DNA of 64,000 nt from Nitrosopumilus sp. (GTDB lineage: Archaea > Thermoproteota > Nitrososphaeria > Nitrososphaerales > Nitrosopumilaceae): positions 352,001 through 416,000 of the forward strand of contig OZ240211.1 in assembly GCA_965197525.1 (NCBI GenBank), in the 5' to 3' direction. The notes beneath the pieces were generated by a model, which had not been told where the DNA came from, did no database searches, and saw only the letters and a list, made by a program, of their open reading frames with translations. The first letter of the stretch is position 1. Each line of letters begins with the position of its first letter. A program made the position numbers and the translations under genes. This document shows positions 18,065-31,000 of this stretch, piece by piece.

Positions 18065-18148
18065 CGCAAAGAATGGGATTTGAACCCACGTGACGGTGAA
18101 ATCAATTGATCTTAAGGCAATCGCCATACCAGACTAGGCGACCTTTGC
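18065..18148 (-). tRNA. tRNA-Leu(UAA), 84 nt, long variable arm, some non-canonical positions
   Basis: GCAAAGG/TCTTTGC acceptor stem, anticodon loop CTTAAGA, variable arm TGATTTCACCGTCA, T arm GTGGGTTCAAATCCCAT. Confidence 0.9.
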
Positions 18149-18347
18149 ACTGTTAATATTTTCATATTAAGTAAAAATGTTCTGGGCTGATTTCACCATT
18201 TTTGCCTAGACCCAGAACGTGTAACGTTCAACGTACACCATATCATATACTAACCCACCTATTAACTTTTTTTAACTAAGGATTCATCGAACCCTACATC
18301 AATTTTGAGGTTTTTCATGTCTCGAACGTTAGTCAAGTCTTATTACA

Positions 18348-18491
18348 TCATAACTGGCTGAATAGTTGTCTCAGTAGCTCCATAAATGTGTTGGAAGTAA
18401 ACAGATGCACCTGAGGGGCAGCTGTATCATATCTTGATAAAAAGGGTGTGAAATACGTTATTGGAATGATTGAGAATGAGTCTGATCGCAT
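18348..18491 (-). CDS. Small hypothetical protein (47 aa)
   Basis: MRSDSFSIIPITYFTPFLSRYDTAAPQVHLFTSNTFMELLRQLFSQL downstream of purL on the same strand. Confidence 0.35.
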   Translation of the reverse strand: MRSDSFSIIPITYFTPFLSRYDTAAPQVHLFTSNTFMELLRQLFSQL

Positions 18492-18564
18492 ATCAAAAAT
18501 TTCAACTGATACTAGTTGACTACAAAATAATCCCAAGTGATCACCGAACTATAGTCCATAATGC

Positions 18565-20766
18565 TCAATCAGAATCAGAAGACGCAAGCAAGGAAGACAG
18601 AGCATCAAGCCAGCTCTGTCGGGTTGTCATTACATCCAGGTTAACCAACGACACATTATCATCATCATCTTTAACAAATTGTATGGCATTACCGCCAAAA
18701 TTGCCGATGACATCATATGGAACGTCATTCTTTTCAAGAATGCTCCGGACTTGTGCCACATCACCTTTGTTTAATACCACAAGATACCTAGAATGGCTCT
18801 CAGAGAATAACACCCTATCAACATCTAGCACATCACCAGGAATCGAGTCAAGTGACACACAGCACCCTATCTGACCGTTCATACATATCTCAGATACTGC
18901 AACTGCCAGTCCACCCTTGGAGCAGTCATGAACCAGTGATACTGGAACCCTGTTAATTATATCAAGTATACAGTCCATATTTCTCTTTGAATCTGCAAAA
19001 TTAACTATAGGACATCTGCCGCCTACAAACTTGTGAACGTACTCGAAGAACTCTGATCCTCCAAGTTCATCTCTAGTATCACCAACAATTACAAGACAGT
19101 CGCCTGCAGCAGGATTTTTAGGAACAAACAACTTGTTTTTTTTCTCAGTTAGTCCCAGTACCCCGATCACGGGCGTTGGTTTTATTGGACCTGACGCAGT
19201 CTCATTATACAAACTGACCTTCCCTCCAATACATGGAACCTTGAGATAGTTGGCAAAGTCAGCAAGTCCCTGAACCGTCTCCAAAAACGTCCAAAATATC
19301 TCAGGATCATTTGGATCGCCGAACTGCAGATGATCAAGCATCCCTATCGGAGTAGCACCAGTACACACAACGTTTCTGCATGCCTCCTCAAAACATCCGA
19401 TTGCACCCATCCGAGGATCAATGTAACAGTGTTTTGGAGAGCCATCAATCTTGGCAGACAAGAATCGTCCGTTATCTAATCTTAAAACAGATGCATCACT
19501 GCCAGGTTTTAGAACGGTCCTGATTCCAACCTCGTGATCGTACTGGCTGTAAACCCATATCTTACTTGCAATGTTAGGTGATCGTAGCAGTGTCAGCAAT
19601 GTTTCTGAATAATCGTCATTATTGGCAGGCGGGGCAATGTCCCCATCCTCGCGCTGTATCGTATCAATATATGCAGGTTTTCTAGAGGGCAAGTCAAGCA
19701 AGGTTGCGTTAGCCACTACACCTACAGGAAGGTTGGCAAACGTCTCTTTACCCTTTTTGATGTTCATCATACCATCAGTAGTCACCGTACCAATCACAGA
19801 ACACTCTACACGAAATTTCTTGCATATCTCTTGCAGTGCCCCCAGTTTTAATTCATCAGTAACAATGAGCATTCTCTCTTGGGACTCAGAGGTCATGATC
19901 TCAGAAGGCGTCATATCAGATTCTCTGGTGTGAACATCATCCAAGTCGATTTGCATTCCAACTCCCAATGCATCAGAAGTCTCAGAGATTGCACATGATA
20001 GTCCGCCACCACCTAAATCTTTCATGGCATGAATCAGCTTTTTATTTCGCGCCTCCAAAATAACCTCTATTATCAGCTTCTCTATGAATGGATCAGGTAT
20101 CTGAACTGCAGATCTGTCTTGAGACTCCAAAGAGTCAGATGCGAACTGGGAACCACCTATCCCGTCACGCCCCGTAGGACCTCCAAGCAGCACCACTAGA
20201 TCACTTGGATTTGCATGATTTTTGATTAGTTTTGACCTCTCTCCAAACCCGATTGCTGCAACATCAACTAGGGCATAATTCTGATAACAAGAGTCAAACT
20301 CTACCTCTCCTCCAATAGTCGGAATACCCAAACAATTTCCATAATCTGCAATTCCAGTTACGGCATTTTTAAAGAGCCATCGAGCCTGTAAATCGTGCGT
20401 AATATCCCCAAATCGCAAGCCGTCAAATATTGCAATAGGCCTTGTGCCAGCAGACAGGATGTCTCGGATAACACCGCCTACGCCTGTTGCAGCACCACCG
20501 TATGGCTCCACAGCCGATGGGTGGTTGTGACTCTCTATGTGTGCTGTGATGACGTAGCCGTCACCTGCGTCCAAGACACCAGAGTCATATCCCTTTTCAT
20601 TAATTACGAGGGGGCCGCTCATAGGTAAAATTTTGAGATGCTTCTTTGATGATTTGTATGAACAGTGTTCTGACCATTCAGCAGATACAATATCAAGTTC
20701 AGTGTCAGTAGGCACCCTATCAATCTTTGAGTGTAGTTGAGATATCTCGTGTTCTGTAAGGTTCAA
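18565..20766 (-). CDS. purL: Phosphoribosylformylglycinamidine synthase subunit PurL
   Basis: WSEHCSYKSS, ESHNHPSAVEPYGGAATGVGGVIRDI, SESQERM, GGKVSLYN. Confidence 0.98.
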   Translation of the reverse strand: MNLTEHEISQLHSKIDRVPTDTELDIVSAEWSEHCSYKSSKKHLKILPMSGPLVINEKGYDSGVLDAGDGYVITAHIESHNHPSAVEPYGGAATGVGGVIRDILSAGTRPIAIFDGLRFGDITHDLQARWLFKNAVTGIADYGNCLGIPTIGGEVEFDSCYQNYALVDVAAIGFGERSKLIKNHANPSDLVVLLGGPTGRDGIGGSQFASDSLESQDRSAVQIPDPFIEKLIIEVILEARNKKLIHAMKDLGGGGLSCAISETSDALGVGMQIDLDDVHTRESDMTPSEIMTSESQERMLIVTDELKLGALQEICKKFRVECSVIGTVTTDGMMNIKKGKETFANLPVGVVANATLLDLPSRKPAYIDTIQREDGDIAPPANNDDYSETLLTLLRSPNIASKIWVYSQYDHEVGIRTVLKPGSDASVLRLDNGRFLSAKIDGSPKHCYIDPRMGAIGCFEEACRNVVCTGATPIGMLDHLQFGDPNDPEIFWTFLETVQGLADFANYLKVPCIGGKVSLYNETASGPIKPTPVIGVLGLTEKKNKLFVPKNPAAGDCLVIVGDTRDELGGSEFFEYVHKFVGGRCPIVNFADSKRNMDCILDIINRVPVSLVHDCSKGGLAVAVSEICMNGQIGCCVSLDSIPGDVLDVDRVLFSESHSRYLVVLNKGDVAQVRSILEKNDVPYDVIGNFGGNAIQFVKDDDDNVSLVNLDVMTTRQSWLDALSSLLASSDSD

Positions 20767-21443
20767 TGCGTCACACCCATTTTTTGTATTAGTGACTCAA
20801 AGATGAGTGATGATGGTCCAGAGTCAACAGGGTTGATAACAGATTCTGTCGCCCTCTCAGGATGCGGCATCAGTCCCACTACATTTTGATCCCTGTTGCA
20901 GATACCTGCAATCCTGCCAATAGAACCATTAGTCGCAGTTTCATATCGAAATACTATCTGATTGTTCTTTTCTAGTTCTTGCAGCGTCTGCTCATCCACA
21001 TAGTACCTTCCTTCTCCGTTTGCGATAGGGATCGGGATTTTTGTGTGTAGTTTGAATTGGTTGGTAAATGACGTCTTGTTGTTTTCAACTATTAGGTTAG
21101 TCCATTTACACATAAAATTTAACGACTCGTTCTTGAGCAAGACGCCTGGCAACAGACCAGATTCCACCAATATTTGGAAACCGTTGCATACACCCAGTAC
21201 AGGAACTCCTCTGTCTGCCATCTTTTGTATATCAGGTATCACAGGACTGTGGGCAGCAATAATACCGGCCCTGAGTCTATCACCATAAGAAAAGCCGCCA
21301 GGAAGGATTACAGCATCAATGTTGTCAGGGAGTTTTTTTTCATGCCAGCAGTACTTGGTATCAAGGTGAAACACATCAGTTAGAACGTGATACATGTCGC
21401 GATCACAGTTACTGCCTGGAAAGACCACTAATCCGACTGTCAC
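20763..21443 (-). CDS. purQ: FGAM synthase glutaminase subunit PurQ
   Basis: VFPGSNCDRD, PGGFSYGDRLRAG, GVCNGFQIL, MPHPER. Confidence 0.98.
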   Translation of the reverse strand: MTVGLVVFPGSNCDRDMYHVLTDVFHLDTKYCWHEKKLPDNIDAVILPGGFSYGDRLRAGIIAAHSPVIPDIQKMADRGVPVLGVCNGFQILVESGLLPGVLLKNESLNFMCKWTNLIVENNKTSFTNQFKLHTKIPIPIANGEGRYYVDEQTLQELEKNNQIVFRYETATNGSIGRIAGICNRDQNVVGLMPHPERATESVINPVDSGPSSLIFESLIQKMGVTH

Positions 21444-21564
21444 AATGTCTATACAGATATAGAGTTATTTAATTGAAGCCTAGACGACAGGGATGGGAAA
21501 ATGGCAGACTAGAGGGAATATATGATAACACAAGAGCTGTATTTGACTGGGCTTTGAATGTCTC

Positions 21565-21840
21565 TTAAGACCCATCAAAGACGTCTACTGTGATCTTACT
21601 TACCATGGGATTGTACAGTCTCAGGTCATCGCATATTGAGCGTACTTTGGATGCTGCAGTCGTCTGATTTTCCTCATTCATCGTAAATTTCAGCATCTTT
21701 GCAGTCTTTATCTCAGATATTGTATTATTGTTTGCAGTATGCTGTTTCTTTAAGACAAGGTCGTTGAGAATTGTATCGCCTTCCGGGTCACTGATGCCAG
21801 GTTTGTTCTCAATGGTAACATGAACATTAAAGATTCCCAT
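21565..21840 (-). CDS. purS: FGAM synthase subunit PurS
   Basis: VTIENKPGISDPEGDTI...RLYNPMV; directly upstream of purQ. Confidence 0.92.
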   Translation of the reverse strand: MGIFNVHVTIENKPGISDPEGDTILNDLVLKKQHTANNNTISEIKTAKMLKFTMNEENQTTAASKVRSICDDLRLYNPMVSKITVDVFDGS

Positions 21841-22043
21841 CACATCAAAGGTGATTCAAGGTTAATTTATCTTTTCAGTAGATCAGTAGGATTGTATTGT
21901 CCTGAAATGTATTGTCCTGAAAGTAATTTGCATCCAAAATAAGGTGAAAAACAAGAGTATGATCTGACGAAAAGAGATGATCTACATGACATGGAACAAT
22001 ACAAAAAATCTCTAGACCGAGGTTATTGCATGTCAGGATGGAA

Positions 22044-25000
22044 TTATGGCGTAGTGGCAGTAACAGTATAGGATTGATCATCTCCTGTAGTAGAAACAAG
22101 GCCAGATAGCGGGTTGGAGGCAGAGTCCACAATGTTGTTGTCTGAGGAGACATCCAAGTTGTATGTGCCCGCATCTGGTGCTGAAACGGTAACTAGGTAT
22201 TGGCTGCCAGACCCGGTTACTGATGTGATGGGGCCAGAGCTAGCACCGTCACCGAGTGTAAGAGTCCAAGAGTTGAGGACTCCAGAGTCCAGATAATAGT
22301 TGTCATTCATGCGCAACTGCCAGTCGCCGTTAATTGAGACGTCATCACCGTATTCAAGCGTGTATGTTTCTGTGATGTCGTCTGCAGAGCCACCGACACG
22401 GTTGTGCAGTGTTACTATCTGGTTGTCAGGCGAGACGAGTTGTACCAAGAGATCGCCCCTCCATGTATGGGTGATGTCTACTACAACTGATACATCAGAG
22501 ACAGTGCCTGATGCAGAGACTGTGATGGTGTCTGTCTTGTCTGTGTCGTGGGGTACGATATCAAGGGATGGCGTACTGGTATACGTAAATGGCTGAGTGG
22601 CATTATACGCAGGACTGTCAGGGGATAACTCAAAGTCATCGGTGCTGACGCCTGTTACTGCCTCACTGAATAGTACTGCAAATTCAAGTGTGTGGTCGTT
22701 AGTAGAGGCGTCTGCTGGGTTGGATCTAGTAATAGAGGTAACAGTTGGTGGTATATCTATGACGTTGACTGTTCTAGTTACCGGTACGGCGGGGTTTCCG
22801 GCACTGTCGTCACATGTAAAGGTTATAGTATATGTTCCAGCTATGTCGGTGTTGACAGGATTATCAACTTGAATGTGAGATTGAGAGATATCGCCATCGG
22901 TGTTATCGATACATGTTGCGCCTGCATCAACGTATGGAGTGCCAAGAGTCGTATCCACAGTAGAATCTGTTAATGTGATTACTGGTTTAACATTATCAAC
23001 TGTGATGGTGACATTATAGGAATGATCCTGATTAGCAGGAACAAGACTAGTCAAAGGAATGTTTGCAGAATTGACAATGTCGGTATCTTGTGCTATGTCC
23101 AAATTGTATACTCCCGATGTAATTGCCATGATTGTTACATAGTATTGGCTGCCAGACCCAGTTACAGATGAAATGGGATTGATGGTAGTAGTGCCGTCAC
23201 CAAGTGTAAGAGTCCAAGAGTTGAGGATGCCAGAGTCCAGATAATAGTTGTCATTCATGCGCAATTGCCAGTCGCCGTTAATTGAGATGTCATCGTCGTA
23301 TTCAAGTGTGTATGTTTCTGTGATGTCGTCTACAGAGCCACCGACACGGTTGTGCAGTGTTACTATCTGGTTGTCAGGCGAGACGAGTTGTACCAAGAGA
23401 TCGCCCCGCCATGTATGGGTGATGTCTACTACAACTGATACATCAGAGACAGTGCCTGATGCAGAGACTGTAATGGTGTCTGTCTTGTCTGTGTCATGGG
23501 GTACGATATCAAGGGATGGCGTACTGGTATACATAAATGTCTGTGAATAACCATCAGTTGGACTATCCGAAGACATGGCAAAGTCAGTCGTGTCCACTCC
23601 GGTGACGTCCTCGCTAAAGGTCACCTTGTAGGTCAGCGTCTGGCTGTCGGTGTTTTCTGTAGCTGGATTGTACCGCTCAATTGATGATAGTGTTGGTGCA
23701 GTGGTGTCATCAGGTACGGTATTGACGGTATACGTCTCGTCAGTACCTGTAGTTGGAGTCACGTCTGTTAGTGGATTGTTTGATTCGTCTTCGATGCCGT
23801 GTCCTGACGATATCAGATCAAGGTTGTATGTGCCGTCCTGTGTGGCCAAAACCGTCACTTGGTACGTGTCGCCAGAACCTGAGATCGATGTTACAGGGGT
23901 TGATGTATCACTGCTGCTGCTACCAGGATTGATCGTAAGCGTCCAGCTGTTCAGGGTACCGTCGTCTGCGGTGGCATAGTTGTCGTTTATCTGTAGCGTC
24001 CAGGTGCCTGCAATGGAGACGCCTGCAAAGTCTGGTGTGTATGTCTGGTCTATGTCATCGGCGCTGCCTCCAGAGCGGTTGTGGAGGATCTTGGTTGTAC
24101 CATCAGGTGCAATAAGATCTATCTTGAGGTCGCCTATGTACGTGTGAGATACATCTATTGCGACAGAGACTGACGTAACAGTACCAGAGCCGGTAACTGT
24201 AATGGTATCTGTTATGGTGTTGGCTGCAGTTATGGCAATGGCAGGAGAACGTGTCTGTGTGAACTGGGCAGAGCTTGATCCGCCCGTGCTATCAGAAGAC
24301 AGGGTAAAGTCAGTCGTGTCCACTCCGGTTACATCCTCGCTGAATGTCACCTCGTAGATTAACGTCTGGCTGTTGGTGTTTTCTGTAACGGGACTGAACC
24401 ACTCAATTGATGATAGTGTTGGCGCAGTGGTGTCAGCAGGTACGGTATTGACGGTATACGTCTCGTCAGTACCTGTAGTTGGAGTCACGTCTGTTAGTGG
24501 ATTGTTTGATTCGTCTTCGATGCCGTGTCCTGACGATATCAGATCAAGGTTGTATGTGCCGTCCTGTGTGGCCAAAACCGTCACTTGGTACGTGTCGCCA
24601 GAACCTGAGATCGATGTTACAGGGGTTGATGTATCACTACTGCTGCTACCAGGATTGATCGTAAGCGTCCAGCTGTTCAGGGTACCGTCGTCTGCGGTGG
24701 CATAGTTGTCGTTTATCTGTAGCGTCCAGGTGCCTGCAATGGAGACGCCTGCAAAGTCTGGTGTGTATGTCTGGTCTATGTCATCGGCGCTGCCTCCAGA
24801 GCGGTTGTGGAGGATCTTGGTTGTACCATCAGGTGCAATAAGATCTATCTTGAGGTCGCCTATGTACGTGTGAGATACATCTATTGCGACAGAGACTGAC
24901 GTAACAGTACCAGAGCCGGTAACTGTAATGGTATCTGTTATGGTGTTGGCTGCAGTTATGGCAATGGCAGGAGAACGTGTCTGTGTGAACTGGGCAGAGC

Positions 25001-28000
25001 TTGATCCGCCCGTGCTATCAGAAGACAGGGTAAAGTCAGTCGTGTCCACTCCGGTTACATCCTCGCTGAATGTCACCTCGTAGATTAACGTCTGGCTGTC
25101 GGTGTTTTCTGTAGCTGGATTGTACCGCTCAATTGATGATAGTGTTGGTGCAGTGGTGTCAGCAGGTACAGTATTGACGGTATACGTCTCGTCAGTACCT
25201 GTAGTTGGAGTCACGTCTGTTAGTGGATTGTTTGATTCGTCTTCGATGTCGTGTCCTGACGATATCAGATCAAGGTTGTATGTGCCGTCCTGTGTGGCCG
25301 AAACCGTTACTTGGTACGTGTCGCCAGAACCTGAGATCGATGTTACAGGGTTTGATGTACCACTACTACTACTACTGCTACTATCAGGATTGATCGTAAG
25401 CGTCCAGCTGTTCAGGGTACCGTCGTCTGCGGTGGCATAGTTGTCGTTTATCTGTAGCGTCCAGGTGCCTGCAATGGAGACGCCTGCAAAGTCTGGTGTG
25501 TATGTCTGGTCTATGTCATCGGCGCTGCCTCCAGAGCGGTTGTGGAGGATCTTGGTTGTACCATCAGGTGCAATAAGATCTATCTTGAGGTCGCCTATGT
25601 ACGTGTGAGATACATCTATTGCGACAGAGACTGACGTAACAGTACCAGAGCCGGTAACTGTAATGGTATCTGTTATGGTGTTGGCTGCAGTTATGGCAAT
25701 GGCAGGAGAACGTGTCTGTGTGAACTGGGCAGAGCTTGATCCGCCCGTGCTATCAGAAGACAGGGTAAAGTCAGTCGTGTCCACTCCGGTTACATCCTCG
25801 CTGAATGTCACCTCGTAGATTAACGTCTGGCTGTCGGTGTTTTCTGTAGCTGGATTGTACCGCTCAATTGATGATAGTGTTGGTGCAGTGGTGTCAGCAG
25901 GTACGGTATTGACGGTATACTGTGATGGTACGTCTCGTCAGTACCTGTAGTTGGAGTCACGTCTGTTAGTGGATTGTTTGATTCGTCTTCGATGTCGTGC
26001 CCTGACGATATCAGATCAAGGTTGTATGTGCCGTCCTGTGTGGCCAAAACCGTCACTTGGTACGTGTCGCCAGAACCTGAGATCGATGTTACAGGGGTTG
26101 ATGTACCACTACTACTACTACTGCTACTATCAGGATTGATCGTAAGCGTCCAGCTGTTCAGGGTACCGTCGTCTGCGGTGGCATAGTTGTCGTTTATCTG
26201 TAGCGTCCAGGTGCCTGCAATGGAGACGCCTGCAAAGTCTGGTGTGTATGTCTGGTCTATGTCATCGGCGCTGCCTCCAGAGCGGTTGTGGACGGTCTTG
26301 ATTGTTCCATCAGGTGCAATAAGATCTATCTTGAGGTCGCCTTTGTATGTGTGGGAGACGTCCACGGCGACAGAGACTGACGTAACAGTACCAGAGCCGG
26401 TAACTGTGATGGTATCTGTTATGGTGTTAGCTGCAGTTATGGCAATGGCAGGAGAACGTGTCTGTGTGAACTGGGCAGAGCTTGATCCGCCCGTGCTATC
26501 AGAAGACAGGGTAAAGTCAGTCGTGTCCACTCCGGTTACATCCTCGCTGAATGTCACCTCGTAGATTAACGTCTGGCTGTTGGTGTTTTCTGTAACGGGA
26601 CTGAACCACTCAATTGATGATAGTGTTGGCGCAGTGGTGTCAGCAGGTACGGTATTGACGGTATACGTCTCGTCAGTACCTGTAGTTGGAGTCACGTCTG
26701 TTAGTGGATTGTTTGATTCGTCTTCGATGTCGTGTCCTGACGATATCAGATCAAGGTTGTATGTGCCGTCCTGTGTGGCCAAAACCGTCACTTGGTACGT
26801 ATCGCCAGAACCTGAGATCGATGTTACAGGGGTTGATGTACCACTACTACTACTACTGCTACTATCAGGATTGATCGTAAGCGTCCAGCTGTTCAGGGTA
26901 CCGTCGTCTGCGGTGGCATAGTTGTCGTTTATCTGTAGCGTCCAGGTGCCTGCAATGGAGACGCCTGCAAAGTCTGGTGTGTATGTCTGGTCTATGTCAT
27001 CGGCGCTGCCTCCAGAGCGGTTGTGGACGGTCTTGATTGTTCCATCAGGTGCAATAAGATCTATCTTGAGGTCGCCTTTGTATGTGTGGGAGACGTCCAC
27101 GGCGACAGAGACTGACGTAACAGTACCAGAGCCGGTAACTGTAATGGTATCTGTTATGGTGTTGGCTGCAGTTATGGCAATGGCAGGAGAACGTGTCTGT
27201 GTGAACTGGGCAGAGCTTGATCCGCCCGTGCTATCAGAAGACAGGGTAAAGTCAGTCGTGTCCACTCCGGTGACGTCCTCGCTAAAGGTCACCTTGTAGG
27301 TCAGCGTCTGGCTGTCGGTGTTTTCTGTAGCTGGATTGTACCGCTCAATTGATGATAGTGTTGGTGCAGTGGTGTCAGCAGGTACAGTATTGACGGTATA
27401 CGTCTCGTCAGTACCTGTAGTTGGAGTCACGTCTGTTAGTGGATTGTTTGATTCGTCTTCGATGTCATGCCCTGACGATATCAGATCAAGGTTGTATGTG
27501 CCGTCCTGTACAGCAGAGACTGTCACGTAATACGTGTCGCCAGAACCTGAGATCGATGTTACAGGGTTTGATGTACCACTACTACTACTACTGCTACTAT
27601 CAGGATTGATCGTAAGCGTCCAGCTGTTCAGGGTACCGTCGTCTGCGGTGGCATAGTTGTCGTTTATCTGTAGCGTCCAGATACCTGCAATTGGAACGCC
27701 TGCAAAGTCTGGTGTGTATGTCTGGTCTATGTCATCGGCGCTGCCTCCAGAGCGGTTGTGGACGGTCTTGATTGTTCCATCAGGTGCAATAAGATCTATC
27801 TTGAGGTCGCCTATGTACGTGTGGGAGACGTCGACTGCAAGCGAGACTGACGTAACAGTACCAGAGTCTGGGACTGTAATGGTATCTGTTATGGTGTTAG
27901 CTGCAGTTATGGCAATGGCAGGAGAACGTGTCTGTGTGAACTGGGCAGAGCTTGATCCGCCCGTGCTATCAGAAGACAGGGTAAAGTCAGTCGTGTCCAC

Positions 28001-31000
28001 TCCGGTGACGTCCTCGCTAAAGGTCACCTTGTAGGTCAGCGTCTGGCTGTCGGTGTTTTCTGTAACGGGACTGGACCGCTCAATTGATGATAGTGTTGGT
28101 GCAGTGGTGTCATCAGGTACGAGGTTGACCGTAGACGGTGTAACTGTAATTGTAACAGTGTCAGTGGCAGTTTGTGATGCTGCATCAGTTACAGTAAGTG
28201 TAAACTTGAGAGTAGTTGCACTGCTAGGGGCAGTAAATGTAGGCGAGTCGGTGTTATCACCAGTAATTGTTACTGTGGGGCTTCCTGCCGTCTGTGTCCA
28301 CGAGTACTCGATATCCGTACCAGTCGAGCCAGAACCATCAAGGGTCACAGAGGCACCAAGGGCTACTGTCTGATCAGGGCCTGCGTTGGCTGAGGGTGTC
28401 GCTGGAATTGTAATTGTAACAGTGTCAGTGGCAGTTTGTGATGCTGCATCAGTTACAGTAAGTGTAAACTTGAGAGTAGCTGCACTGCTAGGGGCAGTAA
28501 ATGTAGGCGAGTCGGTGTTATCACCAGTAAGTGTCACTGTGGGGTCTCCTGCCGTCTGTGTCCACGAGTACTCGATATCCGTACCAGTCGAGCCAGAACC
28601 ATCAAGGGTCACAGAGGCACCAAGGGCTACTGTCTGATCAGGGCCTGCGTTGGCTGAGGGTGTCGCTGGAATTGTAATTGTAACAGTGTCAGTGGCAGTT
28701 TGTGATGCTGCATCAGTTACAGTAAGTGTAAACTTGAGAGTAGCTGCACTGCTAGGGGCAGTAAATGTAGGCGAGTCGGTGTTATCACCAGTAATTGTTA
28801 CTGTGGGGCTTCCTGCCGTCTGTGTCCACGAGTACTCGATATCCGTACCAGTCGAGCCAGAACCATCAAGGGTCACAGAGGCACCAAGGGCTACTGTCTG
28901 AGGGCCTGCGTTCAGGCCTGCGTTGTCGCTGGAATTGTAATTGTAACAGTGTCAGTGGCAGTTTGTGATGCTGCATCAGTTACAGTAAGTGTAAACTTGA
29001 GAGTAGTTGCACTGCTAGGGGCAGTAAATGTAGGCGAGTCGGTGTTATCACCAGTAATTGTTACTGTGGGGCTTCCTGCCGTCTGTGTCCACGAGTACTC
29101 GATATCCGTACCAGTCGAGCCAGAACCATCAAGGGTCACAGAGGCACCAAGGGCTACTGTCTGATCAGGGCCTGCGTTGGCTGAGGGTGTCGCTGGAATT
29201 GTAATTGTAACAGTGTCAGTGGCAGTTTGTGATGCTGCATCAGTTACAGTAAGTGTAAACTTGAGAGTAGTTGCACTGCTAGGGGCAGTAAATGTAGGCG
29301 AGTCGGTGTTATCACCACCACTGTGGGGCTTCCTGCCGTCTGTGTCCACGAGTACTCGTCCGTACTGTGGTCACAGAGGCACCAAGGGCTACTGTCTGAT
29401 CAGGGCCTGCGTTGGCTGAGGGTTCGCTGGAATTGTAATTGTAACAGTGTCAGTGGCAGTTTGTGATGCTGCATCAGTTACAGTAAGTGTAAACTTGAGA
29501 GTAGTTGCACTGCTAGGGGCAGTAAATGTAGGCGAGTCGGTGTTATCACCAGTAAGTGTCACTGTGGGGCTTCCTGCCGTCTGTGTCCACGAGTACTCGA
29601 TATCCGTACCAGTCGAGCCAGAACCATCAAGGGTCACAGAGGCACCAAGGGCTACTGTCTGATCAGGGCCTGCGTTGGCTGAGGGTGTCAGATTGTCAAC
29701 ATTGTTTACAGTGATGATTACAGTATCAGATGCCTTATCACCGTCATCGTCAGTTACAGTGAGGGTAAACGTCACTTGGGTATCAGCAGTCACTTGTAAT
29801 GCAGTGTACTGCAATGTTGTCGTGTTACCAGATGTAATAGTAACAACAGAAGTATTGTTAACTGTCCATTGATATGACGCTATACTGCCGTCAGTATCAC
29901 TAGCCACTCCAGTGAATGTACCTGACTGCCCTTCGTTTATCGTTGTATCACCAGTTATAGAGTCAATTGTAGGTGGGACGGAGTTGTTCCTTGTAAGCTG
30001 GTGTGTACTTGCAAGCACATACGGCACTGTATTACTACTACTCAAATCGGTTCCGTGTACAAGAACATTGCACAGTCCTGCATGTAATGGCTCAAACACG
30101 GCAAACTCGCTGGGCTGGATCGCCGAGCTGGCGTTGAGCGTCTCTTGGCCGGTGCAACGCACCTCCAAGTCAAGATTGTGGTAAAACAGAGAGGTGCTAG
30201 TGATGTGTGTAGTGTTTCTAATTTGATAGATAAGAGGGTAAGAGTCGACGTTCCATGTCAGAATAGCCTTTGCGATCTCTTCTGTGCCGTCTATACTGAA
30301 TGTGTACCAGTGGGACTCGTTTTCTGTCATATTACCGCTGATGATGTGATCTCCTCCACGGGTATATTCCAGAGATTTACCCACATCAAGTATACCAAAG
30401 CCCACGTTGTTAAGTATGTCAAGGGAGGTATTGGCCTCTGTCGCGTTGTTTGGCTGCCTTGCGTATGAACATCCGTCCGAGGTGTTATTCTGTTCGTATT
30501 GGAAGGACGTGCAAGGGACAGGACCGGTCCAATTGGCTCCGAGCAGTAGACCTGCCTTTACCATGACAGGTGTCGCAGAGGGATCCTCGCCTATCAGTAT
30601 AGCAGCCGCACCTGAGACAATCGGCGTCGACAAGCTCGTACCACTAACCGTAAGGTTCAGTAGTGGTGGGAGGGCGATATTGACTGCAGGCGCCACGATC
30701 TCTGGCTTTAACACTGGTCCCCTATCATATGCTTGGTACGGACCCTTGCCAGAGTGAGGAAGCATGCTAACTACCGCCTGTCGGTCGTTTATTCCCCCTA
30801 CGGATACAACGTTAGTCGCGCATGAAGGAGCTCTTATGCTCTGATACCTCTTTGTATCCATATTCCCGTCGTTTCCCACCGAAGATGACACGAAAAGTCC
30901 GCGGGTAACTACATCGTTCATGATCAGGTTGTACGTATTAACGTGGTCAGTGCAGTATAATTCAAAAATGATGCTCAAATTGGCCACCCGGGCTCCCTCT

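Noticed and set aside
18065-18148. UUA reassignment to Ser suggested by G73
   Set aside because: TTA codons sit at ordinary Leu positions in conserved proteins here (e.g. PyrG KLLQL, TrpB EELEE).
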